From Chiloscyllium plagiosum (Eukaryota), in contig NC_057750.1 in the NCBI RefSeq assembly GCF_004010195.1, forward strand, positions 1,382,022 to 1,402,021: a DNA stretch of 20,000 nucleotides. The letters are read 5' to 3'. Shown piece by piece: positions 1-9,343 of the stretch. The translations under genes were made by a program, and so were the position numbers. The notes beneath the pieces are model-generated. The model did no database searches and was not told the DNA's origin. It saw nothing but the letters and a program-made list of their open reading frames with translations. Numbering within the stretch: the stretch's first letter is position 1; each line of letters starts with the position of its first letter.

Positions 1-493
1 GTCACCGCATTATAGGGAGGATGTGGAAGCTTTGGAAAGGGTTCAGAGGAAATTAACTAGGATGTTGCCTGGTATGGAGGGAAGGTCTTACAAGGAAAGG
101 CTGAGGGACTTGAGGCTGTTTTCATCAGAGAGAAGATTGAGAGGTGACTTAATCGAGACATATAAGATAATCAGAGGGTTAGATCGGGTGGACAGTGAGA
201 GCCTTTTTCCTCAGATGGTGATAGCTAGTACAAGGGGACATAGCTTTAAATTGAGGGGTGATAGATATAGGACAGATGTCAGAGGTGGTTTCTTTACTCA
301 GAGAGTAGTAGGGGCGTGGAATGGCCTATCTGCAACAGTAGTAGACTCGCCGAAGTTAAGGGCATTTACATGGGCATTGAAAAGGCACAGGGATGAAAAT
401 GGAATAGTGTTGGTTGGATGGGCTTCAGATTGGTTCCACAGGTCAGCGCAATATCGAGGACCAAAGGGACTGTACTGCGCTGGAATGTTCTAT
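1..493 (+). mobile_element. CR1-clade LINE, 3' end (ORF2 C-terminus plus 3' UTR), continuing left of the window
   Basis: Translation gives ALERVQRKLTRMLPGM..SYKERL..LRGDLIETYKII..TRGHSFKL..FFTQRVVGAWNGL, the typical CR1 ORF2 C-terminus. It ends in the ...ggaatgttctat tail and is collinear with and closely similar to 5329-5823. Confidence 0.95.
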
Positions 494-497
494 AGCT

Positions 498-850
498 CAT
501 AGAATCCCTACAGTGCAGAGAGAGGCCATTTGATGCACCAAGTTTGCACTGACCCTCTGAAGAGCACTAACCCACCAGGCCCCCTCCTCTAGCTCTGTAA
601 CCCTGCTGTTCCCATGACTAACCCACCTAACCTGCACATCTCTGGACACTATGGGCATTTTAGCGTGGCCAATTCACCTTAACCTGCACATGTTTGACTG
701 TGGGAGGAACCCGGAGCACCAGGAGGGAACCCGCGCAGACACGGGGAGAATGTACAAACTCCACACAGACAGTTGCCTGAGGCTGGAATCGAACACAGGT
801 CCCTGGCGCTGTGAGGCAGCAGTGCTAACCACTGAGCCACCATTGTGCCC
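498..850 (-). mobile_element. HE1-like tRNA-derived SINE (V-SINE type), full length
   Basis: Minus strand starts GGGCACAATGGTGGCTCAGTGGTTAGCACTGCTGCCTCACAGCGCC, with A box TGGCTCAGTGG and B box GTTCGATTCC. It has the core TGTGTGGAGTTTGTACATTCTCCCCGTGTCTGCG and a CR1-like tail ending CTGTAGGGATTCTATG. Confidence 0.92.
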
Positions 851-963
851 AACTCCTTGAGCATCATCTCTTAATCACCTGATTGCATTGACAGGAGCAG
901 TCGAAAAGGGGGCATGATCTGGAAACTTCTCAGGGACGGCCAGGGAATGAACTCTAGAAAGGG

Positions 964-1818
964 CATAGAAATTAGGAGTGGGCCATTCAGCCCTTCAAGC
1001 CTGCTCTAATATTCAATATGATTATGGTTGATTTTGTACCTCAGTACCATATTTCCACTTTCTCCCCTTACCCCTTGATACCTTGAAAACCTAAAGATTT
1101 ATTATTCTCTCTCTTGTCCATACTCTGTGACCCAGCATCCGCAGCTTTCTGTGGGAGAGAATTCCACCCCTTTGAGTGAAGAAATCTTTCTTCATCTTGG
1201 TTCTAAATGGCCTCCCCTGTTTCCTGAGACTTTGTCCCCTTGTTGTAGATTCCCCACCCGGGGGCAAATACCATCCCTGCATCTAGTCTGTCCAGCCCTG
1301 AGAGAATTTTATCCATTTCCATCAGATACCCTCTCATCGTTCTAAACCCTAGTGAATACACACCCAGCCAAACTAATCTCTCCTCAGTTAAAAATTACAC
1401 AACACCAGGTTATAGTCCAACAGATTTATTTGGAAGCACTAGCTTTCGGAGCACAGCTCAGCTCCCTGATGAAGGAGCAGCTGATGAAGAGACAGCATAC
1501 CGAGAGCTAGTGCTTCCAAATGAAACTTTTGGACTATAGCCTGGTGTGTGATTTATAACTTTGTACACCCCAGTCCAATACTGGCATCTCCAAATCATAA
1601 TCTCTCCTCATCAGACGGTCCTGCCATCCCCAGTATCAGTATAATGAACCTTCACTGCACTCCCTGTTTGGCAGTATATTCTGCAAAACTACCCACAATA
1701 CTCCAGGTGTGGTCTCACCAAGGCCTTGTGTGACTGGAGCAGGACATCCCAACTTGTGTAGTCAAACCTTTTACAGTGAAGACAAACATATCCTTTGTCT
1801 TCCTGATCACTTGCTGCA
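964..1818 (-). mobile_element. Older CR1-clade LINE 3' fragment, interrupted by the insertion at 1387-1597
   Basis: Minus ORF 1091-1282 reads GESTTRGQSLRKQGRPFRTKMKKDFFTQR. The reverse-complemented tail catagaaattaggagtgggccattcagccc is at 964. LVRPHLEYC-like sequence (caatactccaggtgtggtctcacca on +) lies at about 1697-1720. Confidence 0.85.
1387..1597 (+). mobile_element. Penelope-like fold-back element, family A copy 1, with 13-bp TSD
   Basis: Inverted arms gttaaaaattacacaacaccaggttatagtccaa... and ...ttggactatagcctggtgtgtgatttataac, followed by the unpaired tail tttgtacaccccagtccaatactggcatctccaaatca. Flanked by the direct repeat taatctctcctca at 1374-1386 and 1598-1610. Hammerhead motif is degenerate (duplicated CTGATGAAG; GAGA instead of GAAA). 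Confidence 0.8.
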
Positions 1819-3021
1819 ACCAAAGAGTTGTCATCAAATACTCAGAGTGAAATGCTTGATGGAGTACGATGGATGGATCAGATGAAACTTTTCTTACTCA
1901 TGTTTTTGGATAGCTCCCAGGTAAGTGGAAGGTGGATAAAGGAGGATTCATTGCAGCAGTCAGTTCTTCTTGGCTAGAGTTCATTTTGTGGTTCAACTGA
2001 TGTTTATACCGTTTTGGATACTGTTGGGTGGAATAACTTACCAGGAATAAGCCATGGGGCACAGGTCTCTGGCACAGTCTGTCCGTGTTGCTCAGAGGGG
2101 AAGGGGGGAAATGAGCAGAGCATTAGTCATTGGGGATTCTATAGTTGAGGGGACAGATAGGAGGTTCTGTGGGAATGAGATAGACTCACAATTATTGTAT
2201 ATCCTCCCACATGCCAGGGTTCATAATGTCTCGGATCATCTTTCCGGGATCCTTGAGGGGGAGGGAGTGCAGCCCCAAGTCATGGTCCACATCGGCACCA
2301 GTGACAGGTAGGAAAAGGGATGGGGGATTTAAGGCAGAAATTCAGGGAGCTAGGGTGGAAGCTTGGAGCTAGAACAAACAGAGTTGTTGTCTCTGGTTTG
2401 TTGCCTGTGCCACATGCTAGTGAAGCAAGGAATAGGGAGAGAGAGGAGTTGAACACGTTGCTGCAGGGATGGTTAGGATTCATTCTGGAGTAGATGGGAC
2501 CTCTACAAACAGGATGATCTACACCTGAACCAGAGGGGTACCAATATCTGGGGGGGATGCTTGCTAATGCTCTAACTGAGGGTTTAAGCTAATTCAGCAG
2601 GGAGATGGGAACCTAAAGTGTAGCTCCAGTGTCCAGGACGTTGAGAGCAGTGAGGTCAGAAATGAGGTTTCAAGATTGCAAGAGTTCACCGACAAGCGGG
2701 AAAGTGGTTTTGAAGTGTGTTTACTTCAACACCAGGAGCATCCAGAATAAGGTGGGTAAACTTGCAGCATGGGTTGGTACCTGGGACTTCGATGTTGTGG
2801 CCATTTCAGAGATATTGACAGAGCAGGGTCATGAATAGTTGTTGCAGGTTCCGGGATTTAGATGTTTCAGTAAGAACAGAGAAGATGGTAAAAGAGGGGG
2901 AGGTGTGGCATTGTTAGTCAAGGACAGTACTACAGTGGCAGAAAGGATGTTTGAGGACTCGTCAACTGAGGTAGAATGGGCTTAGATTAGAAACAGGAAG
3001 GGACAGGTCACCCTGCTGGGA

Positions 3022-3303
3022 GTTAAAAATCACACAACACCAGGTTATAGTCCAACAGATTTGTTTGGAAGCACTAGCTTTCGGAGCGTTGCTCCTTCAT
3101 CAGGTGGTTGTGGAGTATAAGATCATAAGACACAGAAATTTGCTATAAATTCTGTGTCTTATGATCTTATACTCCACAACCACCTGATGAAGGAGCAACA
3201 CTCTGAAAGTTGATGCTTCCCAATAAACCTGTTGGACTATAACCTGGCGTTGTGTGATTTTTAACTTTGTACACCCCAGTCCAACACCGGCATCTAAAAA
3301 TCA
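3022..3303 (+). mobile_element. Penelope-like fold-back element, family A copy 2 (about 244-bp hairpin plus about 38-nt tail), nested in the CR1 endonuclease region
   Basis: 3022 to about 3141 is the near-perfect reverse complement of about 3147-3265 (centre ...cacagaaattt gctat aaattctgtg...). The tail tttgtacaccccagtccaacaccggcatctaaaaatca follows. CR1 coding sequence (VTLLGV | FFGPPNS) resumes on both sides. Confidence 0.85.
3072..3106 (-). ncRNA. Minimal type I hammerhead ribozyme motif (Penelope type), intact core
   Basis: Minus strand reads CAC-CTGATGA-A-GGAGC-AAC-GCTCC-GAAA-GCTA-GTG. Stem I is CAC/GTG, stem II is GGAGC/GCTCC, palindromic AGCT replaces stem III, and the cleavage triplet is CUA. 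Confidence 0.72.
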
Positions 3304-6048
3304 TTTCTTTGGGCCTCCAAATAGTTCCAGAGATGTAGAGGAAAGGATAGCAAAGATAATCCTGGATAGGAGTGAGAATGACAGGGTAATTGTTATGGGG
3401 GCTTTAACTTTCCAAATATTGTCTGGGAATGTTATAGGTCAAGTACTTTAGATGGGTCAGTTTTTGTGCAGTGTATGCAGGAGGGTTTCCTGACACAGTG
3501 TGTAGACAAGCCAACAAGGGGCAAGGCCACACTGGATTTGGTACTGGATAATAAACCAGCTAGGTGTTAGATTTGGAGGTAGGTGAGCACTTGGGTGATA
3601 GTGACCACAATTCGGTTATATTTATTTTCGCTATGGAAAGATAGGTATATGCCACAGGACAAGAGTTATAGCTGGGGGAGAGGCAATTATGATGTGATTA
3701 GGCAAGATTTAGGATGCATAGGATGGGAAGGATACTGCAGGGGATGGGGACAATTGAAATGTGGAGCTTATTCAAGGAACAGCTACAGCGTGTCCTTGAT
3801 AAGTATGTAGCTGTCAGGCAGGGAGGAAGTGGCCAAGTCAGGGAGATGTGGTTTACTAAGGAGGATGAATCTCTTGTCAAGGAGAAGAAAAGGGCTTACG
3901 TTAGCATGAGATGTGAAGGTTCAGTTAGGCCACTTGAGAGTTACAAGTTAGCCAGGAAAGACCTAAAGAGAGAGCTAAGGAGAGCCAGGAGGGGACTTGA
4001 AGAGTCTTTGGCAGGTAGGATCAAGGAAAACCCTAAGGCTTTTTACAGGTGTATCAGGAATAAAAGAAAGACTAGGATAAGATTAGAGACAATCAATGAC
4101 AGTAGTGGGAAGTTGTGCGAGGAGTCAGAGGAGATGTGAGAGGGGCTAAATGAATATTTTTTGTCTGTATTCACATTGGAAAATGACAATGTTGTTGAGC
4201 AGAATACTGTGATATTGGCTATTAGACTGGACGGGATTGAGGTTCACAAGGAGGAGGTGTCAGCAATTCTGGAAAGTGTGAAAATAGATAAGTCCCCTGG
4301 GATGGATGGGATTTATCCTAGGATTCTATGAGAAGCCAGGGAGGAGATTGCCAAGCCTTTGGCTTTGATCTTTATGTTTTCATCGTCTACAGGAATAGTG
4401 CCAGAAGACTGGAGGATAGCAAATGTTCCCTTGTTCAAGAAGGGGAGTAGAGACAACCCTGGTAATTATAGACCAATGAGTCTTACTTCGGTTGTGGGTA
4501 AGGTGTTGGAAAAGGTTATAAGAGAGAGGATTTATAATCATGTGGAGGGGAATAAGTTGATTAGGGACAGTCAACCCAGTTTTGTGAGGGGTAGGTCTTG
4601 CCTTACAAATCTTATTGAGATCTCTGAGATGGTGACCAAACAGGTGGATGAGGGTAAAGCAGTTGATGTGGTGTATATGGATTTCAGTAAGGCATTTGAT
4701 AAGGTTCCCCACGATAGGCTATTGCACAAAATATGGAGGCATGGGATTGAGGGTGGCTTAGCGTTGCGGATCAGAGGTTGGCTAGTTGATAGAAGACAGA
4801 GTGTGGTGGTTGATGGGAAATATTCATCCTTGAGTTCAGTTAATAGCGGTGTACCCCAAGGAATTGTTTTGGGTCTACTGCTGTTTGTCCTTTTTATAAT
4901 TGACTGGATGAGGGTACAGGAGGATGGGTTAGTAAATTTGAGGATGACACTAAGGTCGGTGAAGTTGTGGATAGTGCCAAAGGATGTTGCAGGTTACAGA
5001 GGGTCATAGATAAGCTGCAAAGCTGGGCTCAGAGGTGGCAAATGGAGTTTAATGCAGAAATGTGAGGTGATTCACTACAGAATGAGCAACAGGAATGCAG
5101 ACTACTGGGCTAATGGTAATATTCTTGCTCGTGTTAATGAGCAGAGAGATCTCGGTGTCCATGTACGTAGATCCCTGAAGTTGCCATCTAGGTTGATAGG
5201 GTTGTTAAGAAGGCATACAGTGTGTTAGCTTTTATTGGTAGAGGGATTGAATTTCAGAACCATGAGGTCATGCTGCAGCTATACAATAATTTGGTGTGGC
5301 CACACTTGGAGTATTGCGTACAATTCTGGTCACCGCATTACAGGAAGGATGTGGAAACTTTGGAAAGGGTTCAGAGGAGATTTACTAGGATGTTGCCTGA
5401 TATGGAGGGAAGGTCTTATGAGGAAAGGCTGAGGGACTTGAGGCTGTTTTCATTAGACTGAAGAAGGTTGCGAGGTGACTTAATAGAGGCAAACAAGATG
5501 ATCAGAGGATTAGATCGGGTGGACAGTGAGAGCCTTTTTCCTCGGATGGTGATAGCTAGTACGAGGGGGCATAGCTTTAAATTGAGGGGTGATAGATATA
5601 GGACAGATGCCAGAGGTAGTTTCTTTACTCAGAGAGTAAAGGACATGGAACGCACTGCCTGCAACAATAGTAGACTCACCAAATTTAAGGGCATTTAAAT
5701 GGTCATTGCATCGACATATGGATGAGAATGGAATAGTGTAGGTTAGATGGGCTTCAGGTTTGTTCCACAGGTCAGCACAACATCGAGGGCCGAAGGGCCT
5801 GTACTGCGCTGGAATGTTCTATGTTTAGTCTTCATCCACCATTGACTTACACTTCCCCAACTCCAACTGAATGTGAGTCCTCTTATGAACATTTTTCAGG
5901 GATAATTAGATCGAACAAAATCTCAGCGATTTGGAAAAGAACAAATTTAGCTTCTTTCTTCAAAAGAGGCAAAGGGAGAACGATTACACTCCAAAGGCAT
6001 TATCATTATGCAGCACCAATCCATTAGACAATTGTCCAGATTCTGAAG

Positions 6049-6247
6049 TCACACGACACCAGGTTATAGTCCAACAGGTTTAATTGGAAGCACTAGCTTT
6101 CGGAGCGTTGCTCCCTCATCAGATGGTTGTCATCAGGAGCAGCGCTCCAAAGTCTAGTGCTCCCAAATAAACCTGTTGGACTATAACCTGGTTTTGTATG
6201 ATTTTTAACTTTGTACACCCCAGTACAACACCAGCACCTCCACATCA
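6049..6247 (+). mobile_element. Penelope-like fold-back element, family A copy 3
   Basis: Reads tcacacgacaccaggttatagtccaacaggttt...aaacctgttggactataacctggttttgtatga, followed by the same tail tttgtacaccccagtacaacaccagcacctccacatca. No clear TSD seen. Confidence 0.82.
6091..6125 (-). ncRNA. Minimal type I hammerhead ribozyme motif, intact core
   Basis: Minus strand reads CAT-CTGATGA-G-GGAGC-AAC-GCTCC-GAAA-GCTA-GTG. Stem I includes a U-G wobble. Confidence 0.65.
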
Positions 6248-6304
6248 CAGTCACTCAGCGCAGGAGGCTCATCATTGCGTATGTTTCAGGCTTATTGCCT
6301 TCTC

Positions 6305-6400
6305 AGGAGGTCAAGGGGAATGAGAGTTGAGGCCAAAGATTTGCCACAGTCATATTCATCGGCAGCACTGGCTTGAAAGGCTATTTCTCACATCTGTTCT
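6305..6400 (+). mobile_element. Highly decayed CR1-type 3' tail remnant
   Basis: gtcaaggggaatgagagttgaggcc...gccacagtcatattcatcggcagcactggcttgaaaggcta loosely resembles the reverse complement of the tail at 964-1030. Confidence 0.35.
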
Positions 6401-6555
6401 CGAGTGTTTGAAGGTCTTAGGAGGAAGAGCTTAAGGGGGCATCTTGTGAGAGTATTTGAACAAAATGAATAGAATAAATATTTCTGCACTGCTTTAGATA
6501 TAACAAATTAAAAATTTATGGAGAAATAAGAATTCAAGAAGCAATGTTTTTATTC

Positions 6556-6797
6556 ATAAGGCAGTAGGTAATGGGAACACCACCCCATGCAAGTTCCCCT
6601 CCAAGCCCCTCACCATCCTGACTTGGAAATATATCACCATTCCTTCAGTGTTGCTGGGTCAGATTCCTGGAATTCCCTCCCTAAGTCATTGTGGGTCAAC
6701 CCACAGCACATGGACTGCAGCGGGTTCAAGAAGGCAGCTCACCCCCCCACCTTCTCAAGGGGAGGCAACTAGGGACGGGGCAATAAATGATGGCCAC
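6556..6797 (+). mobile_element. 3' end of a different LINE family (CR1/L2 group)
   Basis: Encodes HSFSVAGSDSWNSLP..FKKAAH, matching the SF..WNxLP..FK C-terminal pattern of CR1/L2 ORF2. It is followed by ctagggacggggcaataaatg. Confidence 0.75.
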
Positions 6798-7774
6798 TTC
6801 TCACCAGTGCAATAAAAAGTATGTGGCACAGGATTGGGACCACAAAACCTTGATGGAGTTCAAAAAGGGAATGGACCTAGTCATGGAACCATCAGCCGAC
6901 ATGAATCTGCAGGATTCAGAGTCTTGATGTCATGCTGGAAAGTGATCACAAACTTGAACTCACCATGACCCCCACGGGGCTAGTTGACCCACAGTTGACC
7001 TGCTAATGGGCCATAAGAAGCGATGGTTACCCTGAGGCAGGCAGGTGACTCTGAGAACCAAACATCAAACAGGCCACATGCCAGGGAGGACCTCCTCTGC
7101 TGGGAATTTTGGCATAGTGGGAGCTGCTCTTCCCTGCTCCCTCTTCAGCCCATGTGCGTGCTGGGATTGGAGGGGCTGAAAATCTTCTTGCAGAAGCTGT
7201 ACGGTAAATAAAAGTAGATATCAGAAATAAATGCTGGAATTGTCAGAGCCAACAGTATGAAACCAGAACAAAACAATTGAGCATTTGGGAGCATTTTACT
7301 CCCAGACACCAATTACCTCAGGCTATAACGTGTCCATTACTGTACTGTGCCAATCCAAGATTGCAGGCTATAGTAAGGAGTGACTTTAGTGCCGTTCCTA
7401 ATTAATTCTATTGATATTTTGCTAAACTGAGCATATCAGTTTTTTAAATATAAATTGGTGCAATTTGTAACAATAGACTTCACACTTCATTGGACCTTTT
7501 ATGTCGGACCTCCCCATGCATCTGGATAAAGTTTCTTTGCTGTGTTTTCCAGACAATGCACAGTAGGGATTTAATTTGTAAACTGTGTATTGCCTGGTTA
7601 CTGCTTATGAATGGTCGATGGGGCATCTTTTACCCAGTATCACAGCAGTGACTAAATAAATACACTTTAATATCTTCTGCATAGAACCAATAGGATTTAC
7701 TCCATTCATTTAAGGATCACATTCCTGGATTTTCCCCAATGTTTCTTTGAGTGCTGTTTGCAGGATCACAATTT

Positions 7775-8103
7775 CATTGAGTGCCTACAGCGTGGAAGCA
7801 GGCCATTCGGCCCATTGAGTCTGCACTGACCCTCTGAAGAGCATCCCACCCAGACCTGGGCACTGCCCTATCCCCATAACTTCACACTTATCATTGATAG
7901 CCTACCCAGCCTGCACACTACGGGGCAATCCATCGTAACCTGAATATCTTTGGACTGTGGGAGGAAACCAGAGCACCTAGAGGAAACTCACGCAGACATG
8001 GGGAGAATGTGCAAACTCCACACAGTCACCCGAGTGTGGAATCAAACCTGGGTCCCTGGTGCTGTGAGGCAGCTGTGCTAAGCACTGGGCCACCGTGCCG
8101 CCC
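7775..8103 (-). mobile_element. HE1-like SINE, full length
   Basis: Minus strand starts GGGCGGCACGGTGGCCCAGTGCTTAGCACAGCTGCCTCACAGCACC. B box is GGTTTGATTCC; core and tail match 498-850. cattga occurs at 7775-7780 and 8104-8109 (possible short TSD). Confidence 0.92.
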
Positions 8104-8548
8104 CATTGATGGGGGAGAATCGATAGCTATGTTTCTGCCTCTGTATTGTTCACGTGCACTCTGACCACCAGCCAATTGGAGAGCTGCTCTCATGCTGATG
8201 GGTCCTGGCCCAGGACACTGGTGCAAATTAAAAGATAATTCAGGCGAATCTTGCTGTAGGTCAGTCAGCCTTGATAAGGTGTGTAAGTTGGGATTTGAAC
8301 TCACAGCCTTGTGGCTTTGTGCTGCCACAGGTTGTGCATGGTTCCAACTTAAAGTAGAGAGGCCAATCGCTCCACAGCCAATGAATGACACAGAGACAGG
8401 TGACTATAACAATGGCACAGAGCACCATGTTAACCTTTCTGAGCTCCCAGTTCAGCCACACAGAATGCATTTGATTATGGTCTCTCTAGTCCCTGGGCAT
8501 CCATCTTGACCATACAGTGACCTTGCTTTCATCGCCTTCTCTCCTCAG

Positions 8549-8585
8549 GACAATAATCACCTGAAGATAGAGACTGCACAGAGAG
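8549..8585 (+). other. Candidate 37-nt exon (DNNHLKIETAQR plus 1 nt)
   Basis: Acceptor ccttgctttcatcgccttctctcctcAG, donor GAG|GTGAGC, and only one of three frames is open. No protein family recognised. Confidence 0.3.
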
Positions 8586-8591
8586 GTGAGC

Positions 8592-9343
8592 AAAGAATAA
8601 AGACCAATACAGCAAAGGAATACAGGCCGTTCGGCCCTCCAAGCCTGTGCCTGCACATTTTGCCCTTCCATACTAAAACTGTCTTCCCTTACAGGATCCA
8701 TATCCCTCTATTCCCTTCCTATTCCTGTATTCATCCAGGTGCTTCTTGAATTCTGTTACTGTGTCTGCTTCCACCACCTCCTCTGGCAGCACGTTCCAGG
8801 TGCTCACCGCCCTTTGTGTGAAATACTTACCTCACACACCTCCCTTAAACTTCCCCTCTCACACCTTAAACCTGTGACCCCTAGTAACTGACCTCTCCAC
8901 CCTGGGGAAAAAGCCACATACTTTCCACTCTATCCATTCCATTCACAATCTTATAAACTTCTACCAGGTTTCCCCTCAACCTCCTGCGTTCCAGTGAAAG
9001 TGAACTCAGTCTATCCAACCTTTCCTCATCGCTAAAATGACCAGAACAGTACACAATATTCCAAGTGTGACCTAACTAAAGTTCCAACATAACTTGCCTA
9101 TCCTTTATACTCAATGCCCCATCCAATGAAGAGCTGATATAGCATGGTGCTGGAAAAGCACAGCAGGTCAGGCAGCATCCGAGGAGCAGGAGAGTCAACA
9201 TTTCGGGCCGGACCCTCCTTCAGGACCCCTGGCCTGCTGTGTTTTTCCAGCGCCACACTTTATCAACTCTCCAGCTATCCTCACTATCTCCCCTTCCAGT
9301 GAAGACAAGCATACCATTGGCCTGTTTTACTACCTTCCCTACC
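8592..9343 (-). mobile_element. CR1-clade LINE 3' fragment, interrupted by the insertion at 9133-9289
   Basis: The reverse-complemented tail aaagaataaagaccaatacagc...caggccgttcggccc is followed by minus-strand motifs TQRAVSTWNVLPEEVVEA, TRGHRFKV and LVRSHLEYCVLFWS. Confidence 0.88.
9133..9289 (+). mobile_element. Penelope-like fold-back element, family B copy 1 (internally deleted), with degenerate 16-bp TSD
   Basis: Arms tggtgctggaaaagcacagcaggtcagg... and ...cctggcctgctgtgtttttccagcgcca, with a tail ending atcctcactatct. Flanks are ccccatccaatgaaga (9117-9132) and ccccttccagtgaaga (9290-9305), 14/16 identical. A decayed hammerhead lies on the minus strand (CTGAAGG-A-GGGT-CCG-GCCC-GAAA-TGTT). 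Confidence 0.75.

Larger units (their letters stand above)
2700..5740 (+). pseudogene. Disrupted CR1 ORF2 (apurinic endonuclease plus reverse transcriptase)
   Basis: ORF fragments 2629-2838, 3714-4139, 4359-5009, 5222-5461 and 5468-5698 lie in different frames. The catalytic FADD motif reads FEDD (tttgaggatgac, about 4937-4948). The endonuclease is split by the 3022-3303 insertion. Confidence 0.92.
2005..5826 (+). mobile_element. 5'-truncated, decayed CR1 LINE (ORF1 esterase part, ORF2 APE-RT, 3' UTR)
   Basis: Motifs in order: VIGDSIV and VHIGTSD (SGNH esterase); CVYFNTRSIQNK..DVVAISE (APE endonuclease); IKENPKAFY; NYRPMSLTSVVGK; VYMDFSKAFDKVPH; SGVPQG; KFEDDTK; WPHLEYCVQFWSPH; then the 3' tail gggccgaagggcctgtactgcgctggaatgttctatgtt. 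Many frameshifts and stops. The 7-mer atgttta occurs at both ends (2000-2006 and 5821-5827). Confidence 0.96.

Noticed and set aside
780..850. tRNA-like A and B boxes
   Set aside because: This is a SINE head continuing into the SINE core, with no complete cloverleaf.
651..867. Recurring peptides such as MVAQWLALLPH and DCGRKPEHPEETHADTGR (also at 10342, 16464, 17357)
   Set aside because: They are translations of the HE1-like SINE, not a protein family.
1..5826. 1-493 and 5329-5823 as LTRs or a segmental duplication
   Set aside because: The similarity stops exactly at the CR1 3' tail, so these are independent copies of one subfamily.
8486..8600. Minus-strand acceptor tctctatcttcAG leading to VIIVLRREGDESK
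   Set aside because: It has no good donor, stops soon after, and overlaps a better-formed + strand candidate.
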